A stretch of DNA of 56,849 nucleotides, from positions 1-56,849 of the IMG/VR virus record IMGVR_UViG_3300032323_001633. One strand, given 5' to 3'. Positions 27,168 to 39,100 of this stretch are shown in pieces (the stretch's first letter is position 1; every line of letters begins with the position of its first letter). The DNA is from a virus (Duplodnaviria; Caudoviricetes). Below the pieces are notes generated by a model, which had not been told where the DNA came from, searched no databases, and worked only from the letters and a program-made list of their open reading frames with translations. The position numbers and the translations under genes were made by a program.

Positions 27168-30100
27168 ATGGCCAATAAATTTTTTCCTAACAGTCAATTA
27201 CCTATACGTAGATCAGTAGAACTGCTGCCGGTAGTTTTTCAAACTCCTGCAAACGATAAGTTTTTATCTGCGGTAGTTGATCCATTAATCCAGCCCGGAG
27301 TATTAGACAAAGTTGTTGGATATATTGGTCGTAGATACGATAAAACTTTTAACGGCAATGATGTTTATGTTGACACCGACGCTACACTGCGCAGCAGTTA
27401 TCAACTAGAACCAGGGGTAATATTTAAGAATCACGATAAGATAGAAAATTTCTATGACTATGTTGATGTTAAAAACCAATTGAAATTTTTTGGTAATACC
27501 ATTGAACGTGATGACAAAGTAACTGGTCAAACTCATTACACTTGGGATCCTCCTATAGACTGGGATAAGTTTATCAACTATAGAGAATACTACTGGGAAC
27601 CACTAGGACCACGTAGTATTAAAATTTCAGGCCAAAGTGCAACAGTTACCAGCACATATAAAGTTGTTTTAGGAACTACTAAAAATTCATTTGTATTCAC
27701 CCCTGACGCATATACAAATAATCCCACGCTGACTCTATACAGAGGGCAGACCTACAAATTTCGAGTGAATGCCCCGGGTGAAGGTTTAGTTATTCGCACT
27801 AATTTCGATGCCGGTAGTTTATTATTTCAGCCCAGCAGAAGTTACCCACAAGGTAGCGTGGTGGTATATGATTCGAAACTATGGAGAGCTATACGAGATG
27901 TTACAAGTCTAGATACAAGTTCAATAACCATAGACAGCGAAGACTGGCAATACATAGAACCAGCCAGTGCGGCCAACTCATTAGATTACAATAAAGGAGT
28001 GGTAAACAACGGAATTGAAAACGGCATATTGACCTTTGATGTGCCATACGATGCTCCGAACACGCTTTATTATCAAAGCAAAATTACGCCAGATGCCTTT
28101 GGTCGATTCATTATCGCAGACATCGAAGAAAATACTTTTGTCAACGCAGATATAGATATTATCGGAAAAACCACATACACCAGCGGTAACGGTGTTGAAT
28201 TTAGTAACGGCATGATTATAGAGTTTACAGGTAATGTTACTCCTGAAAAATATCTCAATGATACTTGGTTAGTAGAAGGAGTAGGTACTGCTATTACACT
28301 GACTAGATTCAGTGACCTTGCAGCGCCCGCACTTAGCATAGAAGTGCCTGAAGTATTATTTGATAATGAAGGATTTGATACACAGCCATTTGACGATGCC
28401 ACAGAGTATGCTGCGGCAAAAGATTATATAACCATTGCAAGAGATAGCACAGACAATAATCCTTGGTCAAGATACAATCGATGGTTTCATAGATCTATTT
28501 TAGAAAAAGCATATCAATTAAGCGGTCAAGATTTTCCAGCTAATGAAACCGCCAGAGCCAAACGACCGATCATAGAATTCCGTGCTGGCCTGCAATTATT
28601 CAACCACGGTGTAGTCGCTAAACAAAGTGTGGATTACATAGATACCGCAACTACTGATATTTTTTCTATCATTGAAGGATCTAGAGGCTACAACATTGAC
28701 GGTGAATTTTTATTTGATGGAGCAAGAATATTAGTTGTAGCCGATCAAGACAAATTAGTCAACAATAAAATATACACTGTGGAATTTATTACTCATAATA
28801 ATTCTAAACAGATACATCTCAGAGAAAGTGTCGACACAGAATCGATCCTCGGACAATGCGTTACAGTAAGACGGGGAGTAATTAATAAAGGCATAATGTT
28901 CCATTTTAACGGAACTAATTGGGTACCCAGTCAACCTAAGACTGCTGTGAATCAAGAACCAAAGTTTGATGTCTTTGACAGCAACGAAATAAGTTTCAGC
29001 GATCGTACCACCTATCCAGACTCAGAATTTACAGGTTCGAGTATATTAAGCTACAAGCCAGGCAATGCAAGAATTGATAAAGAACTAGGTATTAAACTCA
29101 GTTATCTCAATATTGATAACATCGGTGATATAGAGTTTGACTATGATTGGGACATTGATACGTTTCGTTATACTGTTAATAATCTACCGGTAGACAAAAA
29201 AATATCTACAGGATTCTATAAATTAGGATCTAATTATGCTAATGGCTGGCAGCAATTAAATTCTAAATATCTACAACCTATAATCGACAATCAGATTGTA
29301 GGTGCCGTAACTGACACGTTAACATTTTCTACAATAAGATGGGAAAGTTTAACCACTGACCCCGAAATACACTTCGATCTTAACGGCGCAAAATACACAG
29401 GCACATGGACGAGAAATCTTGGTACCTTTGTATTCAGTAAACAATTTTCAGTGAAAGATGTTGTGGTAATTAAAATTATCACCGATGTTGACCCGGATCA
29501 AGGATACTATGAAATACCTGTTGGACTAGAAAAAAATCCTTTCAACACAGCTATCGCATCGTTTACTTTAGGGCAAGCTGTTGATCATATATCCAGTGCC
29601 GTAGAATGGGACAGCGAATTCCAAGGTCTATTGCCCGGTGCATCTAATCTTCGAGATCTCGAAAATTACAGACTATCTGCTAAAAGATTTTTAAAACACA
29701 GCGGTAATACACCGTTGGCTGTAATGGCGCTGTGTGATAAGACTCACAACATAGTTAAAGCAATTCAATACGCAAAGAAAGAATACACAGATTTTAAAAA
29801 CAATTTCTTGCAGAGAGCTATAGAAATTGATTACAACGATCAACTAATTGATTTTGTAGATGATATTATTAACAGTCTAACCGCAGTTAAAACAGCGCAA
29901 GATGCGTTTGCTGATTCGGACATGATTGGTGCAGGAGCATATACCGCATTAACAACAGTGGTAGAAGATATCGGTATCACTACATTTACATTGTCAGAGC
30001 GATTTGATTTGAACACACTCAGCAGCAGAGCTGTGTATGTGTATCTTAATGGAACTCAGCTACTGAATAGCCGAGATTATGAGTTTAGTCCTGCGTTCAG

Positions 30101-33100
30101 TTTTGTAAAAATTACTAAGCCTTTGACAGAAGGCGACACTATTGAAATCAGAGAATATCTCAGCACTTCTACGAATTTTATTCCGCCTACTCCTACATCT
30201 ATGGGATTGTATAAAAAATACACTCCTGTAAAATTTCTTGATGACACGTACAAGGAACCTAGATACGTTATTCAAGGCCATGACGGCAGTATTACAGCAG
30301 CGTTCGGAGATTTTAGAGACGACCTGTTGTTGGAATTAGAATTACGTATCTACAACAACATCAAACAACAATACGATCCTGCGGTCTTTGATATAGACCA
30401 AATATTAGCCGGCTATTACGGTGTTGGCGAATATTCTAAAAATCAGTTAGATAGGATTGTGGTACAAGATTTTCTAAAGTGGATTCAAAACACTAACATC
30501 AATTATACCTTAAATGAATATTTTGACAGCGAAAATTCATTTACTTATACCTATTCAAATATGTCAGATCCCACCAAGACCAAGAATATTCCTGGCTGGT
30601 GGAGAGGAGTATATCAGCATTTCTATGACACTGATCGCCCACATCGCTGTCCTTGGGAAATGTTGGGATTCAGTGAACAGCCTACATGGTGGCAGACTGA
30701 ATATGGATCAGCTCCATACACCAGCAATAATTTAATCTTATGGGAAGATCTCGAAGCTGGTATCATTCGTCAGGGCGTTCGAGCCGGAAGATACGATAGA
30801 TACAAACGTCCTGGATTGATTTCACATATTCCTGTTGACGGCGATGGTAAATTGCTGAGCCCGTTAGATTCTAATCTTGCTCAGGATTTTTCGCTGATTA
30901 ACAACCGTGGACCGTTTGTGTTAGGAGATGTGAGCCCAGTAGAGTATGCATGGAGATCCAGTTCGGAATGGCCGTATGCAATTATCACAGCTATGTGTCT
31001 CATGAAACCGTTTGAATATATTCCTGATAATTTTGATAGATCTAGAATTAAAAAAAATAAATTAAATCAATACACAAATACAATTACAGAATTATTTGTA
31101 ACTATCGCAGATATCGCACCGTATGTAACAGATCCTATAGCAGTGGGATTGGTAAAATATCTAACCAGTTACACCACAGCTCAAGGATTATCTAAGGATA
31201 GTCTGCAGACTAAAATAGAAAAGTTAGATGTGGCTTTGAGTTTTAGGATGAGCGGATTTGTGGATCAACAGCAGCAAAAATATCTCTTAGATTCTAAAAA
31301 TCCCGCTTCTACCGCTTCCAGCATCTTTATTCCTCCTGAGAATTATGACATTGTGTTTAACGTTAGCAGTCCAGTAGCTTCTGTTAGTTACAGTGGTATG
31401 AGACTGGAAAAAACTTCAGGCGGATGGATAGTAGCAGGTTACGATGATATTCATCCGTACTTTAATTACCATCAAGCTCAGGCCAGCAGTAAAGATCCTG
31501 TAATTTCTGTAGGCGGGGTTAGTGAGTCATTTACAGATTGGGTCGAAGATAAAAACTACAACAACGGTGTGTTAATAAGATACCAAAGTAATTTTTATCG
31601 TGCTTTAAAAACCCATCGTAGTGCAGGGGATTTTGATCGCAGCTTATGGCAGAAATTAGGAGATGTACCTAAGATAGGTGCTGTTGAAGCACTACGCAGA
31701 CGAGTGTTTAATACTATTACTGTAAAACAAATCAGTTATGGTACACTCTTGACCAGTATACAACAGGTAGTAGATCTACTGTTAGGCTATGAAAGCTATC
31801 TTAAAACACAAGGCATTGTGTTTGATAATTATGATCCGCAAAACGCCACCAGCCAAGATTGGCTCAGTGCTGCTAAAGAATTTATGTTCTGGACCAAGCA
31901 CAACTGGGATTCTGGTGCTATAATAGCTCTAAGTCCTTCCGCACAAAAATTAAAAATTTCTATCCCAGTAGGAACACCAGACAATCTGCTTGACGGATTC
32001 TACGATTATCAGATACTGAAAGGTGACGGAACACCGTTGGCTCCGAGATTCCTTAACGTCAACAGAAGTTTTCAGAATTTAGATATAGAAACTACAAACA
32101 CCACAGACGGCATTTATTTTGCAAGCCTACACTATGTAATTAAAGAACACGTTACAGTGTTTGATGATCGCACAGTATTCAATGATATTATCTACGATAA
32201 GTCCACAGGTTATCGTCAAGGTCGCATTAAAATGCAGGCCTTCCGCACAGTAGACTGGGACGGTGATTATACCAGCCCAGGATTCATATTCGACAATGTT
32301 GATATACAGACTTGGCAACCTTTCCGGGATTACAAACTGGGAGATATTGTTTCTTACAAATCGTATAATTGGACCAGCCTTGTAAATCAATTAGGTACAG
32401 AAACATTTAACAATGCCAACTGGACAAAATTAGATTCAACACCGATCAAACAATTGGTATCGAACTTTGACTATAAAATTAAACAGTTCAGCGATTATTT
32501 TGAAACTTCGTCCCAAGGACTTGATCAAAGTCAGCGAGATTTAGCTCGACACGCTATTGGATATCAATCACGAGATTATCTCCAAAATCTCGCAGAAGAT
32601 CCTGTAAGCCAATTTCAACTGTATCAAGGATTTATTAGAGAAAAAGGCACAGCAAACAGTATAACTAAAATTTTCAACAAGCTGAGCAGATCGGGATCTG
32701 ACAGCGTTGTACTTAATGAAGAATGGGCTTTCCGCCTTGGGCAGGTCGGCGGTACAGATCAATTTTCAGAAATTGAAATACAACTAGAAAAGAACAAATT
32801 TAAATTAAATCCTCAACCTCATCTAGTCATCGCCAGCGAACTACCGACGGTATCGGATCAATATTATAGATTCACTGCTAACGATTTTACAATTTCACCA
32901 ATTCCGTACACATCGGATATTTTACCTACCACATCGGAGATTGTGCCGGAATTTACTGCCGGGTATATTAGCTCAGGACAATACCAGCATGTGATCGGTA
33001 GATTAGATCAGCTGACAACTCTCGACATAACCACGGTTAACGAAAACGATCATATCTGGGTAACTTTTTATCAAGACAGCTGGCAGGTACTTCGAGTCAA

Positions 33101-36100
33101 CGAATCACCACTGTTATATGTCACTGAATTAGTGCGGGTAGACGACACTGTAGTCACCTTAACATTAAACAGACCGCATTCAGTATCCGTCGACGATTAC
33201 ATAGGGTTCCGTGAAATAATCAATCTCAGCGGATTTTTTAAAGTCAGTGCAGTGACCAACACTACAGTGACAGTTGAGGTTAGTGCAGACATTGATGATC
33301 CTGAATTAGACGCCAGCACCACAGTTAATATTCAGTTATTGACCACAGCAAGATTTGCAGACTACGCCGCAGTTGATCAACATCCGGCAGCACTTCTAAA
33401 AAATAAATCATTAGTATTTGTAGACAACAATGGTGATGATCTATGGGAAGTAGTGGAGAAAAATAAATTATATACCGCAAAAACCATAGCAGACTTTGGT
33501 ATCACAACTCCGGTATCAGCAGGATCTAAAGTCATTTATGACAACAATAACAAGCATGTAATCAGCAGTATTCCAGGTTCGGGATTTGTTAATGTGCATG
33601 TGGAAACACCTTCAGGGCTGATATTAAAACAGATCATAGCACCACCAATAGGTTTCTTCGACATAGCGTTGGGATCATTCGGTGAAAAGATGGCTGTTAG
33701 TCCTGACGGCAAATATCTTGTGATAGGAGCACCGTTAGCCAGCGGTGTTGTGAATAGATATATGGGCGAATGGCAGACCGAATTTACCTACGAACAAGAT
33801 GACATCGTATTGTACGGTGGCAGACTTTACAGAGCTTTAAATGCCAACGGAAACTTTGTAGGGTTAGGCGACGGCAGCACTCAAATAGCCATAAACTCCG
33901 ACGACTGGGTTCCGCACACCGCAGTGATACCTGCTGCAACCTCAGGACGTAATCCTGGATATTACCAGCAAGGTATGGTAGCTGTTTATGAATTTATCAG
34001 CGGAAGATATATCAATGTTACCGCATTTGTCTCTCCGAGACCCACAGACAACGAAAAGTTTGGATCAGAAATTACCATAGGTGTCAACGGCACCGAATAT
34101 TATATGGCAGTATCTGCCATAGGATCCTATAACAATACCGGTCGAGTATATCTTATCAAGTACACAGGCACAGAGTGGACACACATGGAAAATCCTCTGT
34201 ACAAAGGCACATACAATCTACTTGATTCATACAGACAAGGTGACATAGTATGGCAGGCTGCACAAGATCCTATTTCTGAAACAGTACGAGGCAATCTATG
34301 GCAGAGTCTAGACGGGTCAACGTCAGACGGTAGCACTATAACTTTAGAGTCACAGAATTGGCTCAAAGTCAGCGATATATCCACGCACTGCTCTTTGCCC
34401 ACTAACATCTCTGTGGAAGACGATGGCTCTACCATGGAGTTTACAACCACAGGTCTTTTAACCAATACACAAAAAGCAGAATTAGTCAAGCAAGGCGATC
34501 AGTTTGGTTTTTCTATGGCCATGAGCAGAGATGGCAGCATATTAGTTATTGGTGCGCCCGACAGTGATGGTCAATATTTTGCAAATTATCGAGGGCTATG
34601 GCGCGGCGATGTAGAATATGTCGAGGGCGAAGTAGTTCGTCACAGAGGCTCTCCAGGTGATTCATATCAGTACTATCAGCTTGGCGACGGTTTTTTAGGC
34701 CCAGACAGCACTTACCGTAGCTACAACGAAGATCCATCCGACAGTGCAAATTGGCAACAGGTAGGAGACAGTACCACAACCTCCAGCGGTAAGATATTTG
34801 TATATAAGAAATCTGCATATGATTCATATGAATTCACTCAGATGATCAACGCAGGAACTCTCTCATCGTTCACTGACATAGATTCTGGATTAGTAATCAG
34901 CACAGGGGATCAATTTGGGTTCAGCATGGATATAGATGCCAACGGTACAATGTTGGCAGTTTCAAGTCCTCGAGCAGATATAAATTATCAAGACCAAGGT
35001 GCAGTATACATTTTAGAATTAGATCAATCAGTAACTGAATTCCGCGTTAAACAGCGTTTACAGAGTTACGAAATTTACACCAATGAATATTTTGGATTTG
35101 CTGTATCAGTAAGCCCAGATGGAGCGAAGGTTGCTATAGGAGCGAGAAATTCTAAAACACCATTTCCTGTAAATTTTGATATATTAGAAGGCACAACATT
35201 TGATAATGCAAGAACAAGATTTTATGTAGAACAAGGATTTACTGGCGGAGTATACGTATTTGATAAAAAAGATCAGGTGTTTTTCTTAACAGAAAAACTT
35301 GACAGCGATCTTCAAGCAGACGAATCATTTGGTCACAGCATTGATTGTATAGGTACAAAATTATTAGTAGGATCTCCGTATTATAAAAACGCAATTACAA
35401 ATACCTATCAGGGTATAGTGCGCTTGTTCACTGCAGATGCTGCCGGTTCTAGCTGGACAATATTAGCGAATCAAACGCCGTTAGTAGATCTTAGAAAAAT
35501 TAAAAAAATTGAACTTTATGACAATGTTGCTAATGTTAAAATAGCAGATTTAGATTACATAGACGCTGCGAAAGGAAAAATACTTAACATTGCCGAACAG
35601 GAATTAAAATATAAAACTCCATACGACCCTGCAGTCTATACTGTAGGTACAGCAGAAGTGGTAGTGGATACTACTATAAACTGGTTGGAAAAAAATGTAG
35701 GCAAGTTGTGGTGGAACACTGGCACAGCTAAGTTTCAATATGCAGAACAAAAAGACTCTGCTTATAGAATAGGTAATTGGAATCAACCAGTGCTGGGATC
35801 TAGCATTGATGTATATGAGTGGGTAGAAACAGTACTGCTGCCCAGTGAATGGGCTGCGTTGGCAGACACTAACGCTGGGCTATCTCAAGGAATCAGCGGA
35901 CAACCGTTGTATCCTAACAATGATGTGTACAGTGTAAAATTCTTCTTTAGTCCTACTACCGGTGACGTTTCAGAAACACTGTATTACTATTGGGTACGTA
36001 GCAAAGCTGTAACTCCATCCAATATGCCTGATCGCATAAGATCAGCTGCTGAGGTGGCTGATCTAATTGCCAACCCAGCTGGAACCGGTCTTGCATTCGT

Positions 36101-39100
36101 GGCATTTTTGCAGGCAGATAAATTCTTAAGTTATAATTTTAAATCAATAATGCAGTCTGATACTGCATTGATAAATCTACAGATTAGAAAAAATTTAGAA
36201 TCGCAAGTTCCTATTCACAACGAATATCAACTGTTAACTGAAGGAATAGCAGATAGTTTACCTTCTGCAAAATTAGAAAACAAATGGATTGACAGTCTTG
36301 TTGGTTCCGATATCTCTGGCAATCGTATTCCGGATGCAGCACTGCCTGCAAAACAAAAATACGGGATACAGTATAGACCGCGTCAAACTATGTTTGTTGA
36401 TAGAATATTAGCATTGAAAATTGTTATAGAATATATCAACGGCATTTTACAAAAAGAAACATTTGCAGAAACTATAGATTTTACCAATCTCAACAGTGTA
36501 GACACCGTTCCCAGCATCGAGTTAAATTTATATGATGTAGCAGTAGATACCGATGTTGATTTGCAGGCAGTAGGTACAACAAATATCAAACGTGCAATTC
36601 TACGAGCTAACCTAATCAACGGAGAACTAGACACTGTAGATATTGTGGATCCCGGATACGGATACAAACCTAGAGAATTGTTCGATCAAGAGCTGCCGGG
36701 TGTCTATCTCGGTCCTCCAGTGACTATATCGGGTGATGGTATAAACGCCACCGCAGTTTGTCATATAGATAGTCAAGGTCGAGTTATTCAAGCTGTAGTG
36801 ACTAATCGTGGTAAAAAATACAGCAGTATGAACATCCAAGTTAGGTATTTTTCTGTGTTAGTAAATGCTGATAGAACTTTAAATAATTTCTGGAGTATAT
36901 ATTCTTGGGATGACTCACGAAAAGTATATTTCCGCAGCAAATCGCAGTCGTTTGATACTACAAAATATTGGACTACTGTAGACTGGAAAAAAGAAGGGTA
37001 TGATAATAATCTTAAAATTATCAAAGAATTTATCAGTATCTATGAAATTGTCGACGGCCAAATTAAAGTCGGAGAAGTTATCAGAGTCAAAGAATATGCA
37101 GCCGGTGGCTGGGCAGTGTTTGAAAAAATATCAGACACTGCTGCAGAGTTTTTAGATCGATATCTATTGATCAGCAGACAGAATGGCACCATTCAACTGA
37201 ACTCATCGTTATACGATACAGCTACTATCGGGGTAGGATTTGATAATACACAGGCATTCGATACCACCACATATGATATCGAAAATGCTCAAGAATTGAG
37301 AAATATTTTTACAGCAATTAAACAAGATGTGTTTATCGGTAACTATTCTGTAGAGTGGAACAAATTATTCTTTGCTTCTATACGACACGTTTTAAGTGAA
37401 CAGCAATATGTAGACTGGATATTCAAAACAAGTTTTTTAAACGCCACACACAATGTTGGAGCTTTTGAACAAAAAGTCAATTACAAAAATGACAATCTTG
37501 AAAGCTACCAGGAATATATCCACGAAGTAAAACCATTTAGAACTACAGTGAGAGAATATGTCAGTCGTTATGATACACCGGAAACATATGCATCTGCTGC
37601 TACAGATTTTGATTTACCGCCGGTGTATTCAGTATTTGACGGCCGTGCTAATCCTGTAAATTCTTCCTCAACAGAAATATCTCAGTATCCGTGGAAATGG
37701 TGGGCAGATAATAATGCGTATTCGGTAACAGCTATTGAAGTGTATCAGCAAGGCGCTGGATATAATACCGCACCTAAAGTGTTGATTGAAGGAACAGGTA
37801 CCGGTGCCACTGCTAGAGCATTTATTTCTAATGGCAAGGTTTCTGGTATACAGGTGTTAACTACAGGCTCTGGTTATACTTCAGCACCGACTGTTAGATT
37901 AGTGGGAGGAAATCCTACTATCTCTGTGCAAGCCAAAGCTGTGGCAATAATAGGTGACTCACAGGTTAGAACGTTTGATGTTTCGGTGAAATTTGATAGA
38001 ATTTCAAAAACTGGAATCTACAATACGTTTTCGCAGACACAGACATTTACTGCCACAGGAAGTTCTGCGGTGTTCTTATTAAATTATGCTCCGACCAACG
38101 ACAAAAGTAAAATTACTATAACACGGACATCGTTTGCGACTAAAAAAACACAGGTAGTATTATCCAGCGAATATACTATTAGTTTGTATTATCAGACCAC
38201 TGACAGCTATTCTCTATTACGAGGCAAGTTGATATTTAATGTAGCTCCTACGAAAGATGACACAATCACAGTAAGCTATGATAAAAATGTCACGCTTTTT
38301 GATGCAGTGAATAGAATCAATCAATCCTATGCACCTAAAGCTGGCATGGTCGGAAAAGAACTGAATCAGTTAATGACTGGTATTGATTTTGGCGGAGTAC
38401 AGATACAAGGTACTACCTTTGACGTCACTGGTGGATGGGATGCTCTACCTTGGTTTACTGACAACTGGGATTCAGTTGAGACCAGCGCAGATTATTATTT
38501 TATAGTTGATGGCATACGATCTTTTGTTGACTCTACAGCGATATATTTGAAAGATGAAATTGTGGAAGTCAACGGCATATTGTACAAAGCACTAAAAAAC
38601 AGTGTTGACACCGCAGGCAATGTTATTATTCCTATTATTTCACAGGAGTGGCAGTTATTCTGGGAAATATTCACAGTGAGACTACCTTATGTACCTGCTG
38701 TAGGTCAAAAAATTAATATCTACATCAAGCGCAAAAATACTAATATCACAGTTCGTATAGATGACGAGTTTTACACAGCTAATAATGATTCTAGCACAGG
38801 CGTAAATCCAACAGCAGAAATGCCAACGTTTGTCGGCGACGGCGTTAGCAATGGAATTCAAATTGGCCAATATCTATTAGTCAACAATGAAGACACATTA
38901 ATTTTCCGTCCTATAGAAAGTGACGGTAGTGTTTCAATAAATGATAATAATATTTTAGATACTAGACTCAGCGGTGGATCGCTGTCGGCTATTAGCAATG
39001 CCTATGTCACTGCCGCAGGCACTACAGCAGAAGAAATATCTATCACCGGTGGTAAGTTTATAGACCCTACAGTGGTACCAGCACCCGAAGAAAATGTTCC